Assembly (NCBI GenBank): GCA_013265495.1
Contig: MU058213.1
Span: 1,116,001 to 1,180,000, forward strand
Direction: 5' to 3'
Source of the DNA: Vicugna vicugna
Lineage: Eukaryota
Length of the DNA stretch: 64,000 nt
Under the pieces are notes generated by a model that was not told the origin of the DNA, did no database searches, and was given only the letters and a program-made list of their open reading frames with translations. This document shows positions 52,601-64,000 of this stretch, in pieces. The translations under genes were made by a program, and so were the position numbers. Every line of letters begins with the position of its first letter. Positions within the stretch are counted from its first letter, which is position 1.

Positions 52601-55600
52601 TAAGAGAAGGAACAATTTTGAAACTCTTTTTACAAATGGACAGCAGTAGCCTGGGTTCAGTTCAACTCATTGTATACTCAGAAAAATGACCCACAATTGG
52701 GAAATTCACAGTGCCACTGTTTTGAATCAGATTACTACTTCACACCAGGTCAGTGTGGCATAACTGTGAGAATAGTTGATAGATTTACTACAAGCACGTA
52801 TTTTGCGGCTTCAGCATCATTTGTGCTATATCCCAGGCAGACCCTCATCCATGATTTCATGATGTGTACCAACAAACTCCAACATGCAGAGGTTTCACAG
52901 AAATTGTTTTGCTGAGAGTAATGTACTTCAGAAGTGTTTTCTGATTTATAGGAATGTCACATATGAAAAATCAGAAAAAAAACCCTTCCCCAGCTCTTAT
53001 TCATAATGCCCATATATTGAATTTCTCTTCAGTGTGCCATACACATGACATTTTTCTCTCAATAAATCATGACTCATTTCTGTCTCTTCATCAGGGTACA
53101 CTATGATGATTCTAGGAAACATGACTGGGTATTGATGGCTTGTCTACCCAATGAAACCCACACAGCAAAGATATGGCAACATAAATATAAAATAAAACCA
53201 GTATGGCTGTTTCGATTATTAGATATTGATATGGGACAGATCTTGTTATTGCTTTTAATATTGAGGTAGTACTAGGCCATGCAAGATGCCTCATTTGTGG
53301 TCCCCTTTTTGCCATGCGACCCTCCTCCCTTGGCCACAGGTGACTGAACACCTGACCTGAAGGCACACTATACAGGTTGGCAAGTGGCCTGCAAAGTGGC
53401 TCAGTGCTAGAGAACGAAGCCCAGCAGGAGGACCATTATACTGGTTAGTGACTGGCTAATCGTATTCACATGATGGTGGTGGTGGGAGGGCAGTGATGCA
53501 CTTCAGACATGCAGAGTTGGTAGCAACTGAGCAAACACAGAGGCCTCCCTAATGGTGAGCATTGGACAAAGGAGCAATAGACACCCAATTCTGAAAAAGC
53601 ATTAAGTGCTCTTAAACCAAGAGCTGCAACTAGGCTGCTCGAGGTGCTGCCAGTTCCAAATGATGGGAATCCTTGTCGACGGGCTGTACACCCATTGAGA
53701 TTTTTTGTTTTGTTTTGTTTTTTCGTCTTCCGTTTATGACTCCATGAATCTTTCCAATAAACCCCAATAACAAAGGCAATCTGAAGATCTCTGATGCTTG
53801 AAACTTGAAAGCATCTAACACAATTTTACATTGCTTTCCAATCATGAGTGAAAATGTTAGGATACATTATTGAATGAGGGTCCCTATGTGCATCAATTAT
53901 TCAATCAACAATGTGTACTGATTACCTACAATGTGCCAGATGTGCACTAGCATTAGGAATTTAGTAGTAAACAAGATTGACATGACTCCTGGCTGTATGG
54001 TGCTATGGTATAGCCTGGGATACTTAGAGTCCTTGGGTCTTAATATGTACTATATGGACAAACCTGAACTTAATGTCTCAGAAGTTTGTCATCTATATAT
54101 GTTTTCTTTTTAAAAAAATATTTATGGGGTTCCAACTACATTACAATGATAAGGATATAGCAATAATATTTGTGTTAATACTTTAGTCTAAGGGTACCTA
54201 CATTTATATCTGAATTAAGTTTAGTTCAGAGCTTTCTAAGATTTACCATATTTAAAACAAAGCAAACAACAGAAATCAGGGTTAACAAAACTATAAACTA
54301 TTAACTAGAACCTGGCCCCTGAGTAGAACCAGAAGCATAGTAACAAGAGGGGGCTTGTAGAAATCAACAGAAGAGAATAAAGTGTTGACATTCATATGCC
54401 AGCATTTTCAAGAGTGGTAATGTGCCACCTAGAAATGAAAGTGGGTCCTGAAGTAAAAAGGCTGAACATTTTTCCTCGTCCTGAGTAAAAGATAAACTGA
54501 AAATTAATGGCATGGATTGCCCAAGATAACAAGGCTGAAAACAAAGATATAGGTGATTCATTAAACTAGATTGAAGAGAAATGGAGAAGATAGAATCTGG
54601 TGCTTGGTGAAATTGAAATGTCAAGGAATTGACATTGATGCATCCTGCTGGTGGTAGCTCAACAGGCAGGCAAAAAATTTTAATGCTATGTTTCTTAGAC
54701 TGACTAAAATTAAGAGTGAATGTCTTTCTCCGTGGAGAGAAGATGATCCAGCGAGAGCAGAGAATTGGGGGAACACTGTTAAGCTCTTCAGAGTTTCTCA
54801 GACTCTCTATTATTTTAGAGCATCAAGGGACAAATGCTCTTAGTTATATTTTACCATTTGAACTCTTTCATGTTTACTTTTTAAGATACTCAAATCCCTA
54901 CACACCTGAACTTCTGATTGCTGTGTGAGACTTGGTCTGGTTGCTATAGTACCGCTATGGACATTTTCTCTTGTCTTCAATTCAATAGGCTGCAATTTAA
55001 GCACCTGCAGCTTCTCTAAGCAGAGAACACGGACAACACTAGAAATGAAAGAGATGACAGAACTGCAACTACAGAAGACAACTTTAATTACCACAAAATG
55101 TTACTGACATAATTTTATATAATTATGGAATTAATTTGAAGTAGATAATCTTATGGAAAATACAATCCATAATATGGAATCAAGAATAGGCAGAAAAAAA
55201 AAGAATAGGCAGAGAACATGACTACACTAGTCATCATCTAAGAAACAGAAAAGATAGTCAAAGATCTACTTCTGAAAAAAGATAACAGGCCCAGAAGAGT
55301 TTGAGAGAATTCTATCAAACCATTGATGAACAGATAATTCTTTCATTATATAAACTGTCCAGAGCAAAGAAAACGATAAAAAGCTCCCTATTTTATTCTA
55401 AGACCAACATATCCTGACAACAAACCAAAATGGAAAATGCTACTCCCCCCCAAAAAAAGGCCCACAAGAAACAAATGTCATTTATGAACAAAGAAGCAAA
55501 AATCCCCAATACAGTATTAGCACAGAATATGGCAGTATATTAAAGGAATATCACATCAAGACTAAGAGAGTTTATTCTAGAAATACAGAACTGCTTCATT

Positions 55601-55955
55601 ATCTTGGAAATCTATTAATACAAATCACCCTACTAAATGATTAAAGGAACTAAGAACCAAATGATCATCTTATTCTGAAAAATGCACTTGACAAAATTTA
55701 ATACCTATTAAACACCTTAGAGCACCTAAACACCTTTAAGCAGCCACTACGGAGGACAGTATGGAGGTTCCCTAAAAAACTGAAAATAAACTTACTATAT
55801 GATCCAACAAGCCCATTCCTGGGCATATATCTGGAGAAAAGTATAATTTGAAAAGATACATGCACCCTAATATTCACAGCAGCATTACTTACAATAGCCA
55901 GGACATGGAAACAACGTTGTGTCCTTCAATAGATTGAATGGATAAAGAAGATATG

Positions 55956-55958
<3 letters not shown>

Positions 55959-55987
<29 letters not shown>
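55959..55987 (+). repeat. (TG)n microsatellite inside L1
   Basis: About 14 consecutive TG units. Confidence 0.95.
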
Positions 55988-55990
<3 letters not shown>

Positions 55991-56139
55991 GGAATACTAC
56001 TCAGCTATAAATTAATAAAATAATGCCATTTGCAGAAACATGGATGGACCTGGAGATGGTCATTCTAAGTGAAGTAAGCCAGAAAGAGAAAGAAAAATAC
56101 CATATGATACCACTTCTATGTAGAATCTAAAAAAAAAAA

Positions 56140-56208
56140 NNNNNNNNNNNNNNNNNNNNNNNNNNNNNNNNNNNNNNNNNNNNNNNNNNNNNNNNNNNNN
56201 NNNNNNNN
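56140..56208. other. Assembly gap (69 N)
   Basis: Run of N. Confidence 1.
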
Positions 56209-58060
56209 AAATACCATATGATACCACTTCTATGAAAAATCTAAAAAAAAAAAAAGACACAAATGAACTTATTTACAAAACAGAAAAAGACTTACAGACA
56301 TAGAGAACAAACTTATGGTAACTTGGAGGAGAGGGGGTGGGAAAGGATAAATTGGGAGTTTGAGATTTGCCAATACTAAGTACTACATATAAAATAGATA
56401 AACAACAAGTTTCTACTGTATAGCACAAGGAACTATATTCAATATCTTGTAGTAACCTATAATGAAAAAGAATATGAAAAATATATGTGTGTATATGTAT
56501 CACTGAAACATTATGCTGTACACCAGAAATTGATACAACATTGTAAAGTGACAATACTTCAATAAAATAAATGCCAAAAAAATAAAGCCCAATACCCTAG
56601 AGAGCTAAGAAGGAAGGAAAACTTCCTTACAGAGAATTTACCAACAATCTTACAGCAAGCATCATCCTAATAGTGAAACATTCAAAGCAAGCATTCCCTT
56701 GAAAGTCAAGAACAAGATAAGGATACATACTTCTGCCTTTACTATTCACTACTGTATTTGAGGCTTTAGTTAACACACTAGAGACAAATTTATTTCAGAG
56801 GCTATGGCTAAACTAGTAGAAGTAATAATTAGTACCATGGTCAATTATGTGATCCACATTTGAAAAACGAATAGCTTCTAACACTTCAACAATAACCTGC
56901 TAGAAACTGTTAGGGTAAAGGGAGCCATTCACAGTAGCAACAAAACCATTACATCACTTGGAAGTAAATCTAATGAAAAATGGTGACATAAAAGAAGATT
57001 TAAATAGCTGGAACGATAGATCATGTTCCTGGATAGGAAAACTCAATGTTTAAAGGTAAGATTTCTCAATCTATACGGGTGATTTTTGTCTTTCATATGT
57101 TTATGGTATGCATTTTCTGATTTTTCTGTAATTGCTACAAATTACTTATAAAATAAAAACTGAAACAGATACACACACACACACACAAGATTTCCCAATC
57201 TATACATTAAATGTAACCTCAGTCAAAATCTCCAAAAGATCATTAAATGGAAACTGACAAGTTGATTACAAAAGTTTACATGAAACACTAGAATTACACT
57301 TAACACAGTGAAATGCTTACACTAAGAGCATGTGAAAACTAATACCAACTAATGGAATCGCCTGTTTAAGCCTTGCTTCTCATGCTTACATAGAAAAAGA
57401 TATTAATTGAGGGGAACGGCAGATAGGAGTGCCTGCACTATTGAAATCGTCTTCTTCCCTCTCACACCCGGCTCTCCTTTCTTTTGTTCAGAGACTCTAG
57501 GTGAGTTCTCTAAACTAAGTGCACTATATGATGTGACTCCTTTACACTCGGATACATTTTCTTCAAAAATATACCCTAGAATTTTGCAGCTTTTCAAGTC
57601 AGTCTCTTTGCATTTCACACTTAAACCTCCAACTGAGTACATTTTTAATACGAGATTGCTTAGAATTAAAGCAGATAATTACCATTTCTCCTCTGAGACC
57701 CAAGAATTAATAGAAATTGGATCTGGTGCCTTTGTGTTAGGTCAGCTAGGAAATACAAAATACAAACAATGCTAAAACCAAACATTTGTAACACACAAAA
57801 CCCCACTGTTTCACAACAGCACTATTGCCAAAATTAGAAAAACACTTTACAGGTTTTTAAAATCTAATTTAAAAAATATTTTGTCCTGCCAATTTCCCTA
57901 TCATACTTTTCCACTTTTAAATTTAATATTACTGTATGTTCTCTGATAGCTCTTTATTTGTTTTGCTATCACATCTTTTCTGGCTATTTTTTCCATGTTA
58001 CTTCCCCCTACTACCCTTTCCTCCCTTTCCTCTTTCGGAGCTGCATTACCGTCCCCTCTT

Positions 58061-58760
58061 CATTCATGCAATATCTACTGAGCACGTGCTATGTGCCAAC
58101 CACTGCTTTGAAAGTTTGGAGCCACAGTGACCAAAACAAAGGCCCCTGTCCTCATGGAGCTTACGTTCTAGTGAGAGGAGACAGACAAGAAATTGAACAA
58201 TTGATACAGTATGGAAAAGGCAGGAAAGAAATATAGATCAGAATAAGTGGGATGTGAGGAGATGCTACTTCAAATAGAGTAGTCAGGGTAGGACTCAGTG
58301 GTGTGATTTGAAGGAGGTTAAAGGAGATAAGACCTGAAGAGTTTTGAGCAAAGACTTGAAGGGCTTAAGGGAACTAGCATGTGGCTTCCTAGAAGTAGAC
58401 TGTTTCAGACTGAGGAAGAGTCAGTGCAAAGGCCTGAGGCAGGAACATTCCCTTATGTGTCTGAGAAGAGCAGCTGTGGCTGAAACACAGTGAATGGGGG
58501 AGGGGGAGGGGCGGAGGAGACAGCAGGAGATGAGGTCAGAGAGAGGCTGGAGGCCCAGATCATCTGGCGCCCTAAGGACTATTGTAAGGACTTTGGCCAC
58601 TGCAGGGCTTTGAGCAGAGGCATTATGTAATTGTAATTGTTTTAAAAGTACACTCTGATTGCTCTGTTGAAATTACCCATAGTGGGGTAAGGACAGACAC
58701 TGCTGGCCAGTTAGAAGGCTTTTCCAGGAATCCAGGTAAGCATGAGTGTGGTCTGGACTG
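58061..58760 (-). mobile_element. L2 LINE 3' region
   Basis: CATTCATGCAATATCTACTGAGCAC...CCCTGTCCTCATGGAGCTTACGTTCTAG...GTGCAAAGGCCTGAGGCAGGAAC. Confidence 0.88.
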
Positions 58761-59009
58761 CCAACAAGCCTCTTACCCAAGCTCGGAACCTCAGCCAACT
58801 CCTAGTGCGGCCTCTCTCCTGCTTCCCCAGCCCTTTCCCCACCCACTCCCAACACACCCGTCTCAATTCTATTTCCGAATATCAGCCACGGCCCTTGACC
58901 CCACTGCCACAGCCTCCATTCAAGCTTGTCTGGACCACTGAAATGGCCTCCCTGCCTCCAACTCATCCCTTCTGCTAGTCTATTCTATCAGCTTGGTATC
59001 CTTCTGATC

Positions 59010-59480
59010 ACAGGGATCTTCATCTGGGGTGCACAAACAGGATGCACTGGGTCTGTGGCCTGGGTAAGAAAAGTACATTTTAATTTTAACCAACATCTAA
59101 CTGAAATTTAATATTTCTTTCAATTATGAACATAAGCAACAAACCATAGTATTTGTAGAACCCATGACTGTCATCAACAGAAATTACAGATATTTTCATA
59201 TCACATTAACATTGAAACCTATCTCTCAAGACATCATTTACAGTTATGATTACTTAGAAATTGTGATAATTATTAGATCTACCACTTTTTTAATGCCAAT
59301 TATGGAGCAAATACCATAATTAAGAAAAATTTTGTATTTCAGCATGATTGGATTCCTTTTAATTCTTACATATTTTAATTTACACATTTAAAATTATTAT
59401 TCTTAGAAATTTATAGGCTTCATAGGCAGACTTCCAACAGGGTTCAAGGCCAGAAAAGATCGAAAAGATTAAAACTGTTG
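59010..59480. mobile_element. hAT-Charlie DNA transposon (Charlie4-like)
   Basis: CAGGGATCTTCATCTGGGG start; CTAACTGAAATTTAATATTTCTTTCAATTATGAA...CAGATATTTTCATATCAC. Confidence 0.6.
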
Positions 59481-59529
59481 TTCTAATTTTATCATAATTC
59501 CATTTTCTTATAAATAAATTTGCTTACAA

Positions 59530-60630
59530 GTCACAGAGTAGAAGATATTTGCAATACATACATCTGACAAAGGACTCTTAAAAAAAAAAAAGACTCCTAT
59601 CAAGCAAAAAGAAAAAGACAACCAATTCAATAAAAAAATTGGGCAAAAGACTTGAACAGGAACTTGGAAAACAAGGATATCCAACCAGGCAATAAACAGA
59701 AGAAATAAAGCTCAATAGGGATTTATATGACTCATCAGGGACATGCAAATTAAACCCAAAATGAGAGGCCACTATTCCCTCCCCAGAAAGGCTAAGATTT
59801 GGAGAATTGACAATTTCTTTTTTTTTTTTAAGTATTTTATTTATTATTTTTATTATTATTATTTTTTTGGCAAGGGAGAGGTAATTAGGCTTATTTATCT
59901 TTAGAGGAGGTACTAGGGATTGAACCCAGGGCCTTGTGCATGCTAAGCATGTGCTCTACCACTTGAGCTATACCCTCCCCCCAAATATCAGGTATTTTCA
60001 AGGATGTGAAACTCATATATTGCTGGTGGGGGGGTGAAAAATGATATAATCTCTTTGGAAAACCATCTGTTAATTTCTACTGGAGTTAAATATGCATTTG
60101 CTTTATGATACAGCAATTCCATTTTTACCACCAAAAGAAATGAATGCATATGCCCTCTCATTGGTACATTATGTTCATAGCAGCTCTATTCATAATACCC
60201 AAAAGATGAAACAAAGCAAACATTCAACACACAAACATGTAAGTTGTGATAATTTACATAATGGAACACTACCCATCAATTTTTTAAAAATGGCTCCAAC
60301 ACAAGATGGAGAAATCTCACAGATATTATGTGGCATGAAAGAAGCTAGACACAAAACAGTTCTAGCATGATTCCATTTACATGCACTTTAAGAACAAGCA
60401 AAACTAAAAGATGTTTTTAGAAGTCAGAATAGTGATTAATCCTTCAGGGAAAAGAAGGAAAAATGCGCAGGAGAGTCCCATAGGGCACAAGATATAGTCT
60501 ATAGTTTTATCTCAGTGGTGGTTATTCAGAGGTATACGTATGTAAAAATTCAAACTATATGCTTAAGATTAGAGCACTCTATGCATTTTGCTATATGTGT
60601 ATTATCACTCACTAAGTAAAATAAAGTTGG
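59530..60630 (+). mobile_element. Old L1 (L1M) ORF2 end and 3' UTR
   Basis: ATATTTGCAATACATACATCTGACAAAGGACT...GGGCAAAAGACTTGAACAG...ATGTTCATAGCAGCTCTATTCATAAT. Confidence 0.85.
59814..59982 (-). mobile_element. tRNA-derived SINE (camelid Vic-1-like) nested in an old L1
   Basis: Reverse complement reads GGGGAGGGTATAGCTCAAGTGGTAGAG...GGTTCAATCCCTAG..., with a long A-rich tail. Confidence 0.85.
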
Positions 60631-60945
60631 TCAAACCTGCAGAAGTGGTAGTGTTTTGGGAAACTCAAACCATGGTGAAACCATTTGGAAAATGGTTTTA
60701 ATATTGTCCAAAACAAACCACCAGTTGACCCAGTGGAAAAAATAAGAAAGTTATTCTTGGATGAGTAAAAAGGAGAATGAAAATAGAACTATTTTGAAAG
60801 CAAAAGCACATTACGCAAATACACTGTTAGCACACACGTCCCAGCCTTGGACCAAGGAGAATGTGGGTGAAACCAATGGCTCAGAAATCACTGAACATAG
60901 TGACAATGTTGGCCTCCTAACCATCAGACGTGTTTTGTTTCTTCC

Positions 60946-61105
60946 TTTTGTGTGTGTGTGTGTGTTTTGTTTCATTGAAGTTTTTATTGAGATATAATTG
61001 ACATATAACGTTGTGTAAGTTTAAGGTGCACAATGAGTTGATTTGATATGTTTTCTATGGCAATATGATTACCACCTTACCATTAGCTAACACCTCTGTC
61101 ACCTC
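60946..61105 (-). mobile_element. L1MA-type 3' end with a (TG)n-containing tail
   Basis: TTTTTATTGAGATATAATTGACATATAAC...GTTTAAGGTGCACAA. Confidence 0.8.
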
Positions 61106-62639
61106 TGCTTCCCATTTTCTCTCTTCTTTCTTGTCTGTGTCTTCACACCGATAGCACTTGGGACTGAAGAACATTTTATTCCTTTTGCAGTCAGGCGTGA
61201 GATAGAAAAATGTCCTTGAGGGAGCTCATTTGGCTAGGGAGAATGGAACTCACAGGGTGTGATCTCCAAGGCCCAGTACTCCCACATCCTTGTAAATGTA
61301 CCCAGACATCCTGGATGGGTCCTCCTAATGCAATCCCCAAATACCTTCATCCCTAGCTCAGGCCTGCTGCTGCCTTTTAAGGTCCTTGATGTTGCTCAAA
61401 TACAGTACCCGAATTAGTCTTGCCTCAGATGCCCTCTCCAGCTCCAGTTCCACTCTCCAACAGCCAGAGTGATTTACCCCAAAAGTAGGTCCAATCATGT
61501 CATTCTACTTAAGTGATTCCCTGTGTCTCAGAATAAAATCAAAATTGTCTGGTGGTAAACAAGGCCTTTTACAATCTGTCCTTGCTTATCTCCCTCTCCA
61601 GCCTCATCTCCCCAGCAGGCATCCTGTGCAGGTCCTTAGAATGTGACATCAAGTGGAAATGTCCCCAGGGTAGCCTTCAGAGGATCACCATGGCCCAGGA
61701 TCCTAGGGGTATCTTACTCTTGCCCCTTTTGTAACATTTGGACTCAGTTTCTGTGAGAAACTGAAGGATACTCGTGACAGTAGCAGTTCTGTTTGCCTCC
61801 TTACCTTGGTCTGCTAGAATTGTCAGCTCTAAAGTGACATTTCCAAGCCTGAAGAAATTAAAACTAGACATGGGGCTCCCCAGACATAGCCCCCTCTTCC
61901 GTAATGCTCAGAATATTTGTGGGTGTGGTATCAAGTACTTTATTCTCAGTGTATAAGTCCTTTAGAATCTAAAGTTTGGATTCTTAGCATGAAATTGGTA
62001 GGGCCTTACAGGCCAATTAAAATCTGCTCAGAACCAAATTATGTTAAATTACAAATCCCTCAGGAAAAATTGGAAAGTATAATTAATACATTTGATGTCA
62101 GTGGGTAACATGCCCAAGTCTGGATATTGCCCACGCAGCTCTAGGTAAATAAACCTGTAACATATAATTCATAGTGCAGGGGTTCGCAACCAGCATCTAA
62201 GAGTCAGCTTCACAGAGTCTGTCCTCTCCTCCCATATGAAAAATGTTGTGAGCTGATATATTTGGGAGAAAGGGATTTCACAGCTTTCAGATTCTTAAAG
62301 GGATCCAAGTTGCCTTTAAAAAAAAAAAGCCTTAGTGTGATTAGGCTTATTATTTATATGTAGAAGGAACTGCCCTTCATATTTACCCAGAGCAGACCTA
62401 AGGAAGTGACATCTAGAAAACTTGAATGCTGCAGATCAAGATGCTTACAATTCCTGAACACAATTAAAGCGAATCAAGCAGTGTATTACTATTGCTTTAA
62501 AACTGCTTTTCCTTTATTGGAAAGAAAACAAGATTGACTTCTTATTTTTTAATCTCTCTCATGGAAGGAATCTCTGGTTCAGTTTTTGATATACTTACCT
62601 AAACACATCTTGTTTAACAAAAGAAAGCTTTAACAAAAG

Positions 62640-63640
62640 GAAAGATGTCCTTTGCTCATGGTTAGAACATCTAATTGTCATGAAAATATGTTTTTCCTAA
62701 GTTAACTTATACATTTAACATGATCCCAATAAAATTACTAATGAACTTTTTTCCCCCTAGAGCTAGACAAGTTGATATTAAAGTTCATGTAGAAAAATAA
62801 ACACACAACCTGAAAATCTGAAAAGGGGGACTTAGTTGGGGGAGGAAAATGAAGGGACTAGTCCCACCAGGTAATTAAAACTTACCAAAAAGCCCCTATT
62901 CTTTTTATGTACTGGCACATAAATTAGAGTGACCAAAGGAATAGAATGGAAAGATCTAGAGTAGTCCCAAGTATATATGGAAATACAGTATATGATAAAG
63001 GTGATTTTTCAGATCAGTGGGGCCAAAAAAAAATGGACTTTTGATATTCCAATATAACTGGATAATCACTTAGAAAAAGATGATTTGATCCTTTCTTCAC
63101 ACTACATACAAGAATAAACTTTAAATGGATCAGGAATCTAAATATAGCAATGAAACCATAGTAATATTAGAAGAAAACATGGATGAATTTATCTGTAATA
63201 TGGGTATAGGGAAAGGACTTCTATGATTCAAAATCCAGATGCAATTAAAGAAAAGACAGATATATTTGACTACCTAATTTTTTAAAATTTTGCATAAAAA
63301 CACCTTAAGAAAAATTAATATACAAATTACAAGTTGAGAGAGAATATTTATAACATATATAAAAGACAGGTCTAGTAGTCCCAATAGACAAAGAATTTAA
63401 AAAAAATAAGGAAGACCAAAAATATTATAGAAAAATTAGCAAAATGAATGGATAATCACAAAAGATAGAAAAAGCGGCATTTAAAAGATACTCATAAGAA
63501 ACCATTTTTCTCCTCCTTGGGTAAACACTGAAGGGAAACAAAAACATATGTCTATACAAAGCTTTGTACCCAGATATTCATAGCAACTTTAATTGTAGTA
63601 ATTCCAAACTGGAAAACCCAATGTCCACTATCACATGAAT
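62640..63640 (+). mobile_element. Old L1 ORF2 fragment
   Basis: TGATCCCAATAAAATTAC...CACACTACATACAAGAATAAACTTTAAATGGATC...TTAGAAGAAAACATGG. Confidence 0.8.
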
Positions 63641-63659
63641 AGACTAAGAGTTTTCGTTT

Positions 63660-63885
63660 TGTTATTTATTTCTAACTTTATCTCATCTGCGGTCAAAGAA
63701 GACAGTTTGTATGACATCTAAAATTTTGAATCTATTGAGACTTGAGGTGTGGCTTAACGTGTGGTCTGTCCTGGAAAATGTCTCGTGTGAACTTGAGAAG
63801 AATGTGTGTTCTGCTGTTGTTGGGTAGGGTATTCTGTGTAAATCCATTAGATCAGATGGTTTATTGTGTTGATTATATCCCCTAC
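63660..63885 (-). mobile_element. L1 ORF2 endonuclease-region fragment, opposite orientation
   Basis: TGTGGTCTGTCCTGGAAAATG...ACTTGAGAAGAATGTGTGTTCTGCTGTTGTTGGG. Confidence 0.8.
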
Positions 63886-64000
63886 TTCTTAAGGAGGAGA
63901 GGACAAAGTAATGGATGAACTAGAAATGGAAGAGAGATCAAAGGAATGACTGGAGGGGGAGTATGACTGAAGGGGTGGATGATTTAGAGAAAAGTAAGTA

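Larger units (their letters stand above)
55100..57290 (+). mobile_element. Old L1 ORF2 fragments with a younger L1 3' portion (~55740-56580) inserted
   Basis: Young part: CAGTATGGAGGTTCC...ATGGATGGACCTGGAGA...ATAGATAAACAACAAG...CAATAAAAT. The flanks are degenerate RT-region sequence. Confidence 0.85.

Noticed and set aside
58496..58514. G-quadruplex motif
   Set aside because: Only three long G-runs plus GG, inside an L2 fossil with no functional context.
63640..63670. L1 twin-priming inversion junction
   Set aside because: The opposed fragments come from distant ORF2 regions and share no visible TSD; independent old insertions are the simpler explanation.

Overview
Mammalian (eukaryotic) genomic DNA, AT-rich and dense in interspersed repeats. 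The source is most likely a camelid, inferred from three young tRNA-derived Vic-1-like SINEs and artiodactyl-type L1 3' ends. I found no convincing long protein-coding exon; the supplied ORFs are chance, GC-rich or L1/Tigger-derived. The main functional landmark is a CpG-island promoter at about 43.3-44.7 kb with E-box, ETS, GC-box and RFX X-box motifs. It appears to drive an unidentified minus-strand gene with a non-coding, uORF-containing first exon (donor at 43454), and possibly a divergent plus-strand transcript. Positions 1-43.4 kb look like that gene's long first intron, with a candidate internal promoter/alternative first exon at about 21.8-22.1 kb and a candidate 78-nt cassette exon at 32.7 kb. 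Positions 44.7-64 kb are upstream DNA made of L1, L2, MIR, MaLR LTR and DNA-transposon fossils, with one 69-N assembly gap. I see no evidence of a novel multi-gene system. Repeat family names come from recalled consensus sequences, and boundaries are approximate unless a target-site duplication (TSD) is given.
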